The position numbers and the translations under genes are program-made. The notes beneath the pieces were generated by a model, which did not search any database, was not told the origin of the DNA, and saw nothing but the letters and a program-made list of their open reading frames with translations. A stretch of 63,459 nt of DNA, the filler included, from Thraustochytrium aureum (Eukaryota), in assembly GCA_012862495.1 (NCBI GenBank). It is 6 parts of 5 records of this genome, joined end to end, with 100 filler letters (N's around TTAATTAATTAA, not from the genome) between each part and the next. Parts side by side here need not be neighbours in the genome. Positions count along the whole stretch, not along the records: positions 8,454 to 33,865 come from BLSG01000128.1; positions 33,966 to 49,593 come from BLSG01000129.1; 4 more parts are not named here. One strand, 5' to 3'. Shown here one piece after another: positions 22,289 through 35,631 of the stretch (positions within the stretch are counted from its first letter, which is position 1; each line of letters starts with the position of its first letter).

Positions 22289-23275
22289 NNNNNNNNNNNN
22301 NNNNNNNNNNNNNNNNNNNNNNNNNNNNNNNNNNNNNNNNNNNNNNNNNNNNNNNNNNNNNNNNNNNNNNNNNNNNNNNNNNNNNNNNNNNNNNNNNNNN
22401 NNNNNNNNNNNNNNNNNNNNNNNNNNNNNNNNNNNNNNNNNNNNNNNNNNNNNNNNNNNNNNNNNNNNNNNNNNNNNNNNNNNNNNNNNNNNNNNNNNNN
22501 NNNNNNNNNNNNNNNNNNNNNNNNNNNNNNNNNNNNNNNNNNNNNNNNNNNNNNNNNNNNNNNNNNNNNNNNNNNNNNNNNNNNNNNNNNNNNNNNNNNN
22601 NNNNNNNNNNNNNNNNNNNNNNNNNNNNNNNNNNNNNNNNNNNNNNNNNNNNNNNNNNNNNNNNNNNNNNNNNNNNNNNNNNNNNNNNNNNNNNNNNNNN
22701 NNNNNNNNNNNNNNNNNNNNNNNNNNNNNNNNNNNNNNNNNNNNNNNNNNNNNNNNNNNNNNNNNNNNNNNNNNNNNNNNNNNNNNNNNNNNNNNNNNNN
22801 NNNNNNNNNNNNNNNNNNNNNNNNNNNNNNNNNNNNNNNNNNNNNNNNNNNNNNNNNNNNNNNNNNNNNNNNNNNNNNNNNNNNNNNNNNNNNNNNNNNN
22901 NNNNNNNNNNNNNNNNNNNNNNNNNNNNNNNNNNNNNNNNNNNNNNNNNNNNNNNNNNNNNNNNNNNNNNNNNNNNNNNNNNNNNNNNNNNNNNNNNNNN
23001 NNNNNNNNNNNNNNNNNNNNNNNNNNNNNNNNNNNNNNNNNNNNNNNNNNNNNNCGCTTTCCGGCTCAAACGCCGCCACGCCTTTGCCCTTGGCAGTCAG
23101 TCACTTGCACGACGGAAAGAAAGCGAACGAATCGGCGGGATGGCGGATTGATATTTACAACAAAGGGAGTGTGGCGCGGCACGGCGCGGCGGGGGCGGGG
23201 GTGGGTGCGCGCGGTGCGCCACGCTCTCACAGCGGCATGTGCCCGTTCACATCCTGCCCAGCTGTCCGACACGGA

Positions 23276-24076
23276 TCAAGAAAAACCCGGCGCGTCCTCC
23301 TCCGAGTCGTCCGAGTCCACGTCCATGAGCTCGTTTGTCATGCCTGGGTAGGCCTCCGCGTCCAGCAAGTCGCCTGTCTCCTCCGCGTTGCTCATGGTCT
23401 CCGAGGCGAGGTCGTTAAACTCTTCCTCGTCCTCGCGCGCCACGCCGTAAAAGTCGTCACCGTGCAGCGAGGTCGTGCAGCAACAGGTGAAAAACACAAT
23501 CTTGCGCTCGTCAGGGTTGTAGAAGAAGTAGTTGAACGACCATAGACTCCCCGGCACGTTGAACGGGTCGTCCTCGACGTCGGGGAGGTAGGAGATCACC
23601 TGCGACTGCTTGAGGTCGATCTCCTGGTCGATGGCGCCCCACAACTCCTCGAGAAAGTTCGGCCCGCTTTGCTTGGCCACCAGCTCGGACAGATTCGTGT
23701 TGACCGAGTTCACCACGATGCCAAGGTTCTTCCGCACAAACTGGTCTGGGCCGAGCCCGCTAAAGTCATAGTCTGGGAACGTGGCATTCATCGTGCAGAT
23801 CAGGTTGATCAAGAGGCGCCGCGTGGCGGGGTCGCTCATTTTCCCGACCGGCGTCGAGATCGCCGAGGTGGTGGTCGAGTCCGGGGCGTTTTCGCCCTGC
23901 TCTTCGTCGCCCTGCTCCTCGTATTGCTGTTGCAGCGCCTTGTGCAGTTTTTTGTCCTCGCCTGCCATCTTGCACGAGTAGGACTCGACGCGCCCGCGGA
24001 GCCGCCGGTCGCCCACTGTGCAGTTGTCCAAGTAAGAGGTGACGGCGTTGAGCCTTGCCACATCGAGAAACTTCAT
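23276..24076 (-). CDS. MAF1: Repressor of RNA polymerase III transcription MAF1
   Basis: MKFL..., GRVESYSCKMAGEDKKL, LICTMNATFPDYDFS, LWSFNYFFYN; acidic tail. Confidence 0.97.
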   Translation of the reverse strand: MKFLDVARLNAVTSYLDNCTVGDRRLRGRVESYSCKMAGEDKKLHKALQQQYEEQGDEEQGENAPDSTTTSAISTPVGKMSDPATRRLLINLICTMNATFPDYDFSGLGPDQFVRKNLGIVVNSVNTNLSELVAKQSGPNFLEELWGAIDQEIDLKQSQVISYLPDVEDDPFNVPGSLWSFNYFFYNPDERKIVFFTCCCTTSLHGDDFYGVAREDEEEFNDLASETMSNAEETGDLLDAEAYPGMTNELMDVDSDDSEEDAPGFS

Positions 24077-25403
24077 TCGTTCTGGGGAGGGTAGCGCGCC
24101 CGCACGCCCGCACGTCTGCACGCCTGGGCGGAGTCGCGAATCCTTGCTTCGGTGCTCGACGCGCGTGTCTCCTCAAGCGCGCGTTTCGCCGTGCCTGGCA
24201 CACCTTATATTTATGGTGCTGTTGAAGACACGGGACTCGTCCCAAATCATAATCGCGCGCCTCACGCGCGCTGGGTCGAATCGTGCCCTGCTCCTTCCCT
24301 GCCTGCCTGCGGCTGCACGCGTCCGCTTCTGCCCGTCGGTTGTGTTGCCAGGCCCGCGCGCGTGCACGCGTGCGCGGCCTGCGCCCTCTCCCAGGCGAAC
24401 GGCGCACACCAGAGGAGGAGGACGGTTCACCAGCCCAGCCCGGCCACTCGCCGCCGCCAGCGTGGCCGCGTCCCTTCCAGGCCGCCGGCTGCCTTCCCAG
24501 CGCCTGGCCGAGCGCGCGCGCTCCCGCCAGCCCTGCACAAGGCCGCTCGCAGCCTCCTGAGCGCCGTGCGCAGCCTGTCCAGCACGACCTCTCGCTCTCC
24601 GGAGCTGGCGCAGAGCCGCGCAGAGCCGCGCAAAGCGAGCGAGCGAGCGAGCAAGCGAGCAAGCGAGCGGCGGCCTGTGCTNNNNGCCCTCGGCGGCCTG
24701 NNNNNNNNNNNNNNNNNNNNNNNNNNNNNNNNNNNNNNNNNNNNNNNNNNNNNNNNNNNNNNNNNNNNNNNNNNNNNNNNNNNNNNNNNNNNNNNNNNNN
24801 NNNNNNNNNNNNNNNNNNNNNNNNNNNNNNNNNNNNNNNNNNNNNNNNNNNNNNNNNNNNNNNNNNNNNNNNNNNNNNNNNNNNNNNNNNNNNNNNNNNN
24901 NNNNNNNNNNNNNNNNNNNNNNNNNNNNNNNNNNNNNNNNNNNNNNNNNNNNNNNNNNNNNNNNNNNNNNNNNNNNNNNNNNNNNNNNNNNNNNNNNNNN
25001 NNNNNNNNNNNNNNNNNNNNNNNNNNNNNNNNNNNNNNNNNNNNNNNNNNNNNNNNNNNNNNNNNNNNNNNNNNNNNNNNNNNNNNNNNNNNNNNNNNNN
25101 NNNNNNNNNNNNNNNNNNNNNNNNNNNNNNNNNNNNNNNNNNNNNNNNNNNNNNNNNNNNNNNNNNNNNNNNNNNNNNNNNNNNNNNNNNNNNNNNNNNN
25201 NNNNNNNNNNNNNNNNNNNNNNNNNNNNNNNNNNNNNNNNNNNNNNNNNNNNNNNNNNNNNNNNNNNNNNNNNNNNNNNNNNNNNNNNNNNNNNNNNNNN
25301 NNNNNNNNNNNNNNNNNNNNNNNNNNNNNNNNNNNNNNNNNNNNNNNNNNNNNNNNNNNNNNNNNNNNNNNNNNNNNNNNNNNNNNNNNNNNNNNNNNNN
25401 NNN

Positions 25404-26050
25404 GAACCAAGTACTCGGGCTCAACTGCACCGGCATCGAGGCCTGCGTTCCTTTGCTTCGTCGGGCGCGCCGCAGCCGCAGATCAACCGACCTGCCTTGG
25501 CAGGTGAGGAGCTGCAAGACCCCAGACAAAGCGGACGCCCGCTGGCAGGTGCGCTGGCGAAAAGGCGAGCGGCGCTCGAGCAAGACTCAGTGGAGGGCGG
25601 GAGCCCCTCGCTCTGGCGACCGTCGCTCCGTGACTTGCCCTGGAGCGCGCGGCTGGCGCTCAAACCTCCTTCTGCGCCGCAGACGCGTGTCGTGGGCGCC
25701 GGGAAGACTGACCGGACCCGGACCCGCGGGACGAGTATTCGCGCTAGCGCAACTGCAGCAAGCAGCTGCGTACGTGCTGGGGCTCCGAGGCTGCCAGGCC
25801 GAACGCGAGCGCCCCGCCAACCTCGTGCTGAGCGGCGTCGCTCAAAAACCCTCCTCGTTCATCCTCCGAGCGCCTGCCAAGGGCCTGCAGGCACAGTGGC
25901 GCGCGGCCGCCCTGCGAAGCGCGCGATCCAAGTCCTTCGCGCCTGCCAGTGGGCCGTTGCGCCGGGAAGGAGGGGGCCGCGGGCGATCACGTCTCGGTTT
26001 CTTTGCCAAGAATTGCGCTGACTTTGACGTGCACAGCCGAGGACAGCCAA
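25404..26050 (+). CDS. Possible coding fragment (PH-domain-like end)
   Basis: Open frame after the gap; SSFILRAPAKGLQAQWRAAAL resembles the last strand and helix of a PH domain. Weak support. Confidence 0.2.
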
Positions 26051-26941
26051 GAAGCTTGAAAGCAGCGTCGTCGCTCGTGGCGGGCAACCAAACCAGCCAG
26101 TCCGCCAAGCAACCTCGAGCTGCGGAGGGCGCAGAGCTCAAGCGACGCGCGAGACCTCGTGCCTGGCCGCCCCCACGCGTTGCCAGGGAGCTGGAGCTGG
26201 CCGGTAGGGTGGCAGGTAGGTATTCTGCGGCAGTCCGAATTGCAACACCTCGGCAGGTTTTCAGCGCAAGGGGCAGACTTCGCAGCCACCTGCCACTCGC
26301 GGAGGCCACGTGTGAGGAGCGGCAAGGGGACATACCCAGCCCCTCGCGTGGAGGGCGTCGAGAGTGCCGTCGACGTGCACAGTTTCCCTCGGAGCTGACC
26401 AGCTTTAGCCGAGGAGAGCGGGGTGCCTGCCGCGTCAGGAGGCGGCCAATCTCGCAATTTCGACTCCCGGTCGCGCTACAACCGCTTCGCAGAGTTGCCC
26501 GGTACGTTTTTGCTGTGGTTTCTTGGCTCGCCCGTCACTTGCGCGAGAGGCGCGCAGAGCCCCGGCGGTCCAGCTGCCTTCCGTGCCGTGCCGCCCATCG
26601 TAGACCGGCGGCCGTGCCTGCGCCTTGTGGCAAGCGACCGACCATCAAGCTGCGAGAAAGTCGCCTTTGTGCACCGCTCTCAGGCCTCGATTGGCGCCTG
26701 CACCGGGCTCGAGCTGAACCGCCTCCCTTTCCGGCCGAGTGGCGCCCACAGGCGGCCCCTGCGTGGCCCCGTGATTTCTCTGCATTGTTTGGAAGGGTGT
26801 GGGTCGGCTCGACGGGCAAAGCGCCTTCGTGAAAAACCACAAGCTGCTGCCAAGGCGAACCTGCAACTGACCCGCAAGCCCCCTGCCCTTGCACGCAGAC
26901 AGGCTTGCGACAACGACTCGCGCTGACGGCGCGAGCTTGGG

Positions 26942-27981
26942 ATGGCGAGCCCCCCGCCACCAATCGACCGCGACAAGCACCCTGGAGGCAGCGCCATGGA
27001 CCTGGAGACGTTTCGCATCGTGGTGGAGGCGCCGCTCATGGCTGGCGTCTCCGAGCTCCACCTTGAAAACCTCATAGACACGCAAGAATGGCTTGGCGAC
27101 GACCTTGTGCGCCTGCTGGCGCAGGCCCTGGACGCCAACGCCTCGCTCACGCTCGTCGACCTCACCTCCAACATGATCGCCGACGAAGGCGCCAAGGCGC
27201 TGGCGGCGATGCTGCGCGCAAACTCGGCGCTCACCTCCCTCTCGCTGGGCTTCAACTTGATTCAAGACGGCGGCGTCGCCCAGCTCGCGGCCGCGCTGCG
27301 CCGAAACAGCACCCTGCGCATCCTTTCGCTCGAGGACAACAAAATCGGGCGCCCTGGCATCCACGACATCGCCGGCGCGCTCGCCGTCAACTCGTCCCTG
27401 ACAGAGCTCAACCTCAGCGCAAACTGCATCGGTGACGAGGGGCGGCGGAGATCGCACAGGCCTTGCTGCAGAACCAAACCTTGGCGTTCCTGGACCTCTC
27501 CGTGAACGCGTTCGCCGACAAGGGCGCTTTTGCGCTCGCTGACACGCTCAAAAGCAATTCTGCGCTGAGGGCGCTGGACCTCCAGTGCAACAGAGTCGGG
27601 CCGGCTGGCTTTGCTGCCTTAGCTCAGGCCCTCGCAGTGAATCGCGGCCTGACTTCGCTCAATATGGAGGCCAACTCTGGCGCCGATGAAGGCGCATTTG
27701 CGCTCGCGGCTGCGCTCGATGCGAATCGGACGCTAACGCACCTCAACGTCAGCTGGAATGGGATCTCGAGCCAGGGCCTCGCAGCCTTGCACAACACGCT
27801 TGAGGGGGCGCGGCAACTTGGCCGCATTCTGCAGTCAGGCAAGAACTTCTCAATGCTCCCAGACGACGACAACGACGAGGACGACATGGACGAGGACCGA
27901 TTCGGAATCGAGGGCAACTCGGACATGGACAGCGACGGGGCGTGCGGCCGCGTCCCAGCCGGTGGCTCGGCCTCCAGCTGA
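26942..27981 (+). CDS. RNI-like (28-aa) leucine-rich-repeat protein; frameshift near 27440
   Basis: Repeats such as LTLVDLTSNMIADEGAKALAAML and LTSLSLGFNLIQDGGVAQLAAAL. Two ORFs join if one G is added to GAGGGG. Confidence 0.9.
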
Positions 27982-28470
27982 GAGTTGAGCGCTCATAGAT
28001 AGGATGCTCGGGCCTTTGCGCGGGGCCGCGGCGCAGGTCGGCCTGCCTTCAACTCGGCGCGCCCCGCCAGCCGACGCCGTGGCCTAGAGCGACCGCCCAG
28101 CCGCTTTCCTCGTGGCGTGCCCGAGCCCCTTCCCCTGACGATAACAAACACTCACTTGCTTGAGNNNNNNNNNNNNNNNNNNNNNNNNNNNNNNNNNNNN
28201 NNNNNNNNNNNNNNNNNNNNNNNNNNNNNNNNNNNNNNNNNNNNNNNNNNNNNNNNNNNNNNNNNNNNNNNNNNNNNNNNNNNNNNCAACTCGCCACATC
28301 CAGTGCGCATCAGTGCAGTGCAGTGCAGTGCAGTGCAGTGCAGAGCAGTGCAGGTCCCGGACGCGCCACGCACGAAGCGGAGGCCGGCGCTCGTGAGCGA
28401 GCAGACGCACGAACGAGCAGCGCGTGGCCGCGCAAGGCGTGCGTCGGGCAGCAGAGTGAGCGCGGTGAGA

Positions 28471-30587
28471 ATGGGGAAGCGCAAGGCCTCTGCGGACGAG
28501 GCGGACCTCGAGGCCCACACGCTCGCCGCCCAGTCGCTCGCCGCCCAATCGCTCGCCGCCCAATCGCTCGCCGCCCACACGCTCGCCGCTGAGGCTGAAC
28601 GGGGCGACGCGGATCAACCCGACAACGCGAGCAAGAGGAGGCGGACAAGCAGCACAGGCGATGCGGGCGGCAGGGAGTGGCCTGAGATTGAAGGGTTCCC
28701 GAAAAAGATGCGCAAGAAAACGGGCTGGAGGGACTATTACGAGGCGACGCGGATCGCACTGGAGCGCCAGTTGGCCGGGACGCGCAAGCTCGCCAAGGTT
28801 AGCAAGCTCACCGACAAGCTCGCCAAGGTTGTTGCGCTAGAGGCCGAGTATCGCGCTTGGATCTCAGGCGGGAGGCAACGGGCCGCGTCCGAGACTGAGC
28901 CCGACCTCGCCGCCGGCGCTGACGACATCAGCGAGAGCGACGTCATCGACAGCGCTTTCGAGGTCCCCGGCTTGCTCCGCGGGAGCCGTACACCAGCAAG
29001 CTATTACCGCATGGCACTGCGGACCTTGCGAAGCCGCCGCCAAGGTTACGAGTCAGGCTCCGGCCAGCCAAGCCAAGCAACGGTGGCCAAAATCGAGGCC
29101 ACCGACAAACTGATCCAGGAGATCTTGTCTCGCGTCAAAAGCAAGGCAAAAGCTGAGGGGGCGGCGCGGGCGCTGCCGGCCGCGCAGGACCAGGACCAGG
29201 ACCGGACGGCAAGCAGTGCTCCGAGTGAATCGGTGACGGGACCGAAAACAGCCAGTGGCGACGCAATAGGCGTACCTAGCAGCGCAAAGGAGGCGTCGCC
29301 AGTGCACGGCGCCGCAGAGCCGGGCCCGGGCCGCCGCGCACCCCCCGCTCCGAACCCCGANNNNNNNNNNNNNNNNNNNNNNNNNNNNNNNNNNNNNNNN
29401 NNNNNNNNNNNNNNNNNNNNNNNNNNNNNNNNNNNNNNNNNNNNNNNNNNNNNNNNNNNNNNNNNNNNNNNNNNNNNNNNNNNNNNNNNNNNNNNNNNNN
29501 NNNNNNNNNNNNNNNNNNNNNNNNNNNNNNNNNNNNNNNNNNNNNNNNNNNNNNNNNNNNNNNNNNNNNNNNNNNNNNNNNNNNNNNNNNNNNNNNNNNN
29601 NNNNNNNNNNNNNNNNNNNNNNNNNNNNNNNNNNNNNNNNNNNNNNNNNNNNNNNNNNNNNNNNNNNNNNNNNNNNNNNNNNNNNNNNNNNNNNNNNNNN
29701 NNNNNNNNNNNNNNNNNNNNNNNNNNNNNNNNNNNNNNNNNNNNNNNNNNNNNNNNNNNNNNNNNNNNNNNNNNNNNNNNNNNNNNNNNNNNNNNNNNNN
29801 NNNNNNNNNNNNNNNNNNNNNNNNNNNNNNNNNNNNNNNNNNNNNNNNNNNNNNNNNNNNNNNNNNNNNNNTGATCGCCTCGGCGCGGATCCCAATTATC
29901 AAGCTCAAGCTGCGCGACAGCCTCTACTCGGTCGACATCTCGTTCGGCATCGAGGGCGGCATCGAGACTGGGCGAATGATCCGCAAGTTGGTCGCCGCAA
30001 TGCCCACGTTGCGGCCTCTGATCCTGGTCGTCAAGTTTTTCCTGTGGCAGCGCGACCTGAACGAGACGTACCGCGGCGGCATTGGCTCGCACCTGTGCCT
30101 CTGCCTCGTCGTTAGTATGCTGCAGCAGTTTCGCAAGCGGCTCGTGCGCGCCAAGCTGCGTCCGGCCGACCGCGTCGAGGACTTGGAGGACCTGGGCTCG
30201 CTTCTGCTCGAGTTTCTCGACCTCTACGGCCGCCGCTTCAACTATGCCAATTGCGCCATATCTCTGCGCGAGGGCGGCAAGTACACCGAGCGCTCGGTGT
30301 TTGGCAAGAGCCCAATCCGCGGTCGCGGGGGGCGCCCGGCGCTTCTCGCGGTTGAAAACCCGGAATCGCCCGACCAGGACCTGGGTGCGTCTTCGTACAA
30401 CATGCCGCGAATCCGCAAGGCGTTTGCTCACGCTCACCGAATGCTGATGGACCGCCTTTCGCGCCTTGGCTCGCGCACCGGCGAGCCCGTCAGCTCTGTT
30501 TTGGAGGCCATCATCAACGTCACGGACGCCGAGCTCTTGTCTCGCCACAAGAACGAGCCCGCGTCCTCGTCGAGGGAAAAGAGCTAA
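28471..30587 (+). CDS. Non-canonical poly(A) RNA polymerase, Trf4/PAPD5 family (catalytic N-lobe in gap)
   Basis: ARIPIIKL..VDISF, LRPLILVVKFFLWQRDLNETYRGGIGS, LGSLLLEFLDLYGRRFNY, LAVENP..DLGASSYN. Joining the 28471-29360 ORF across the gap is inferred. Confidence 0.85.
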
Positions 30588-30726
30588 ACTAGGCGGGCTC
30601 TGGTTTGGGGGGTCGCTCTGGGTTGCGCGAGGCGGGCCTACTCGCTCTCTAGAGCGAGCGCCAAGTATTCTACAACAAGCGGGAAAAAAAGCTATTGTTC
30701 TTCCTTTTTCTGCGGCGCGACCCGTT

Positions 30727-32250
30727 TCATTCGCAAGCAACTTCGCGGCTCCGCGGCCTCGAAGCAACCCATGGCTGCCAAAGAGCTGCCAGGAAATCCT
30801 CGGCAGTTGGCTTGGTCGAGCTCGTCCAAAACCCTCGCCAGGCCCCGCCCAGGACCGCCCAGCTCGATCCTGCGATGCACAAGAGGTACAAGGCAAGACC
30901 ACTGTAGCTAGCCGCGGCTTGCGCCCCCAACATTCCCTTCAAGTCAGCCGCGTAGTGGTCCATCGAGGCCTCCAGCGCCTCGCTGAGCGAGCGCGCCTCT
31001 TCCAGCACCAGGCCGGCGACCGGCTCCTCAGCAGCGCCACTGCCGGACGCAGCGCGCCTGAGGTCCTCGTTAATCCCTACAAGAGCCTCCTCGATGAAGC
31101 TCTTCACCCCCTGGTGTAGCCCGTGCCTGAGCGCCTTCGAGCGCGTCAGGTCGGGCGTGGCCGTGCACGCTCCTAGACAGGCGTTCTTCAGTGCCGGTTG
31201 GTGGAACTCGACGTTCGCAGTGCGTTTGTGGTGCCGAGCCGGGCCAAACTCTATCTCATCGTGGGCCTGGACAAGCTCTGCCAGGAGCCCGGTCGTTCGT
31301 GGCGTTCGCGTTCCGACGTGCGAAATGTACTCTCGGCTGGTCAGGTGAAAATGCAGGTTGTGCGCGGCGGCCCAGCGCACACCGGACGCGTGCACCATTT
31401 TCACGAGCCCGCCCCTTCGCTCCAGGAGCGCAGCATCGAGGCTCCCGGCCAAGCCTGCGTACAAGCCAGAGGCGCAGAGCGGCAATATCACGACTCGCAA
31501 TAGCGCACGAACGTTGGAGCATTTCGCCGGCTCGCTCCCTGGCCCCGTCTTGCGCGACCTCGGGGAGGCCTCTGGGGCTACCTTTGAAGGACAGGCCTCT
31601 GCCCTGTCCTCCGCCGCTGCCCGCGTCGCCGCCAGCGCCAGCACGAGCGCAGTTAACGTTGCCATAGGGAGAACAAAGTTCTCGTCTGTTTGCGCAACTG
31701 CCCCGAGAACGCGCTGGGCGTGCTCTGCCCGCCACTGGCACTCTTCTTGCGACGCGTCAAAAATCCGCCCCGGCCCATTCGCGACGACAAACTGGCAGGC
31801 CTCGCCGCAGCCCGCCCCATCCCCCGCACTCACCACGCGCGCGTGGCCCAACAGCTGCTCAACATCGACCACAAGCGCCGGGACGGCATCGACCGCGAGC
31901 GGCGAGAACGGCGTCGCCGCGGCCAGCTCTACGTGGACCTCCTCCAGCGCATCGATGGCCCTGCTCAGCTCTTCCCGCAGCTCGGCTGTCCCGTTCGCGG
32001 CCTCCGCGACGGCCTCGACGAGCAAGCTGGTCTCCAGCCCCAATAGCTCCTCCGCAAGCAACTCGTGAGCCCCCGCACGGCCGCCGCGCTCTCAGCGCCC
32101 GCTCTAGCGCGCCCAATCCACTGCCCTGCCGCAGCCACAGCGCACAGCGCGAGCCACGCGGCCAGCGCCGCGCGCCAGCTGCGCGGCAAGGCCGTCAGCA
32201 TCGGCACCGACATTGGGGTCGTCACCGGCCAAATGGGACCCGCGGCCCAA
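30727..32250 (-). CDS. Hypothetical secreted/membrane protein (frameshift near the N-terminus)
   Basis: Signal-peptide-like WRAALAAWLALCAVAAA, then a 444-aa ORF with about three hydrophobic segments. No family recognised. Confidence 0.5.
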
Positions 32251-33035
32251 ATGGCGCCGCCTGGCGCCGCGACCGCAACCGCCCTTCTTGCCAGCGTGCG
32301 TGCTAGCTCTCTACTCTAGCTAGGGCGTTCTCGCGTGCGGCGCGTGCGCGCTCCGCCGCCCCGCGCTCCGCCGTCTGTCCGCGTCCGGGATCTGCCCGCA
32401 CCGGAGTTGCGTAACGCCACTGTGGTCGGATTCGGCGTTTTGGGCGCCTGACGGAACNNNNNNNNNNNNNNNNNNNNNNNNNNNNNNNNNNNNNNNNNNN
32501 NNNNNNNNNNNNNNNNNNNNNNNNNNNNNNNNNNNNNNNNNNNNNNNNNNNNNNNNNNNNNNNNNNNNNNNNNNNNNNNNNNNNNNNNNNNNNNNNNNNN
32601 NNNNNNNNNNNNNNNNNNNNNNNNNNNNNNNNNNNNNNNNNNNNNNNNNNNNNNNNNNNNNNNNNNNNNNNNNNNNNNNNNNNNNNNNNNNNNNNNNNNN
32701 NNNNNNNNNNNNNNNNNNNNNNNNNNNNNNNNNNNNNNNNNNNNNNNNNNNNNNNNNNNNNNNNNNNNNNNNNNNNNNNNNNNNNNNNNNNNNNNNNNNN
32801 NNNNNNNNNNNNNNNNNNNNNNNNNNNNNNNNNNNNNNNNNNNNNNNNNNNNNNNNNNNNNNNNNNNNNNNNNNNNNNNNNNNNNNNNNNNNNNNNNNNN
32901 NNNNNNNNNNNNNNNNNNNNNNNNNNNNNNNNNNNNNNNNNNNNNNNNNNNNNNNNNNNNNNNNNNNNNNNNNNNNNNNNNNNNNNNNNNNNNNNNNNNN
33001 NNNNNNNNNNNNNNNNNNNNNNNNNNNNNNNNNNN

Positions 33036-33200
33036 CCTTTTGGGCGCGCCGATCGCGACGGTGTCGCCGTCTGCTGAAAGCGCTACCGAGGTCCCAAACG
33101 AGCCGCTGTCGACCCCCGCGATGACGGAGCCGAGCTGGTCCCACTGGCCGACAACGAGTCGCTGCACCCGCACGATGCTCAAAGGCAAACTCTTGGGCAA
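33036..33200 (-). CDS. FG-GAP/beta-propeller repeat protein fragment
   Basis: WDQLGSVIAGVDSGSFGTSVALSADGDTVAIGAP is a typical FG-GAP-type repeat. It runs into the gap. Confidence 0.65.
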
Positions 33201-33965
33201 AAGCCTCTGCATCAGCCTTGAGTTCGCCAGTCTTAGCCCGCATAGAGGTCGGGTCCGTAGAATCGGTATGCAACGGCCGCGACGAGAAGCACGAAGACGG
33301 CCACCGCTACCACGACAGCGGCAACAGCCCGTCGCAATCACAAGTGGACTCACCTCACATGCGCATGAGTTTTGCCCCTCGTCGGCCCGCAGACCAGAAC
33401 AGATCACCAGTCCCCGAACATCAAGCAGAGCGCCAACAGCAACAGACCAACGTCAAGGACAATGGCAACACCTAGCGCAGCATAGCGCAGCAAGCGCAGG
33501 CAGCTCAGCGCTGTTCGAAGAAGCGAACGCGTCAAAGCTGGTTCCTGAGCCGGACCTCAAAAGCTTCCGCGTCGACAGCACGCGCCGGGCGAGCAACACC
33601 GCAGACGGAGCAAGTAGATTTCGAGACGGTGCAGGCAATCGTTTGTTGCAATCGAGCAATCGCGTCAAGCACGTCCGCAACAGAGTACACCAAGCAACAT
33701 TCATTGTTTCCGTGGCTACAAAGGAGTCGTTGTCGGAGACGGCGCGAGGCCGCTAAGGCCACACGTCAAGGTAAGCTCACGCAGTCCTTTGGAGTGCCGT
33801 GCAGTTCCTTTTGGCGCTGATGAACTGCGAGAGATCATCGCTTGAATTTTAAACATTGCCCAAAANNNNNNNNNNNNNNNNNNNNNNNNNNNNNNNNNNN
33901 NNNNNNNNNTTAATTAATTAANNNNNNNNNNNNNNNNNNNNNNNNNNNNNNNNNNNNNNNNNNNN

Positions 33966-34776
33966 CGTTCTGGGTCCCGCTCCTGATGAGCCTGCTGGCC
34001 GGGGCTGCCACGGGGGTCGGCGCGCTGTTCGTGCTGCTGCTGGACAAGCGGCCCAAGCGCCAACACATGTCGTTCAGCCTCGCGCTCGCCGCGGGCGTGA
34101 TGATCACCGTGAGCGTCTTCGACAGTACCTGCCCTTCGTGCTGGAAGTCGGGGCGTTGCGCCCCTCGCTTGCGGCAGCCCTCGGCGCGCTCTCCTTTGGC
34201 GGGATAATGCGCCTGCTCCCTTCACCGGACCACATGATGCTTCCAACGCACGAAGGCGACAGTCTCGCAAGCGGGGGCTTGTTCAGCCCGTCCTCTAAAG
34301 ACTCCAAGCAGCGCGTCAAGCAATGGCGCCTCGGCATGATCATGATGATCACGCTCACGGCGCACAACTTCCCGGAGGGTCTCGCCGTGAGCGTGTCCAA
34401 CTTGAAGTCTGAAAACTTGGGCTTTGTCGTCACCATGGCGATCGCGCTGCACAACATCCCGGAGGGGCTCACAATAGCAGTGCCGATATATGCGGCGACG
34501 GGGCGCCGCCGCTATGCGATCATGATGGCCTTTCTTTCTGGACTCAGCGAGCCGCTGGGGGCATTTGTGGCCCTCACGGTGCTGCACTCGTACTTTGTGG
34601 AGGCCCCTTGGCTCGTCAACTACGTTCTCTGCTTTGTGTCTGGCATTATGGTCAGTGTTTCGTTCCGCGAGCTCATCCCGGAGGCGCTTAGCTATGGGCA
34701 CCGCGCGTCGTTTTGGCTCGGGCTTGGGCTGGGCTTTCTTCTTATGATTTCCACGATTTACCTTCAGCCAGCGTGA
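33966..34776 (+). CDS. ZIP-family (ZupT/GufA-like) metal transporter; frameshift near 34125; 5' end at contig edge
   Basis: SLLAGAATGVG, LALAAGVMITVS, AHNFPEGLAV, IALHNIPEG, SGLSEPLGA, ELIPEA. Confidence 0.93.
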
Positions 34777-35631
34777 TCGGGTACTTCACAACCTCGAAAA
34801 CTCTAGCTAGCTAGATAGCATACCGTCCGAGCTGGGGTGCAAGCCGCCCCTCTGCTGGCCTTGGCAGCCACCTGCGCTTGGGTCGGTTGGCAAACCGCCT
34901 GCCCGGCATCCACGACGCGTGCGCGGACCTTTGAGCGGGCCAACTCGGACTCGATATGGGGGCGGAGAGAGCCACGCGGGCTCGCGCTCCCTGGAGAGAA
35001 GCGGCATTTTGCTTTGATTGAGCGATCATGAGCGCCGGGCGAATCAGAAACGAGCCGCCGAACGGCTGGCTGTTCCGCCAACCTGCTCGAACCCAGCGAA
35101 CTGGCCGGCGCGATTAATTGCTGCTGTTTTAGTGCGTCTTCGCAGCTGTCGGAGCGCTCACGACTGGCCGGAAACTGCGCTTTCTGTTCGCCTTCACGAG
35201 CAGAGCCAGCAACATTCAAACCTGGCGTTGCTCCCGTTGGCATCACGCCTCTGAACGCCCAGCTCTCAAGTGCTCCAGCCCCAGTCGACCGCAGCGAGGT
35301 CAGCGGCGGCGCACGACCACTGTTTACCGACTAAAACCGCATGCTGTTGCCGCGCTCTTGATTTCAACAAGCCTCGAGAAGCGCCAGCGTCAGAGGCAGT
35401 TCGGCACAGCTTGTGGCGGCGGCGGCGGCCCAACACGCAGTCTGAGCACCTTGCCAGCTGGACAGGCAGGCTGCGCGCTAGGCGGCTTATCAGGTGCAAC
35501 AGAGCGCTCGAGCAAGCTGTCAGGGCTGGTCGTGTATCGCTGCGGCGCCATCAATTCCCGCACACGCCCGCCGTGCAGCTTGCGCCGCCCATCACTTGTG
35601 GCAAACTCAATGGACGCTGGCTGACCGCCCA

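Noticed and set aside
28300..28590. (CAGTG)n tract and 15-bp AAQSL coding repeat
   Set aside because: Ordinary simple repeats with no sign of special function.
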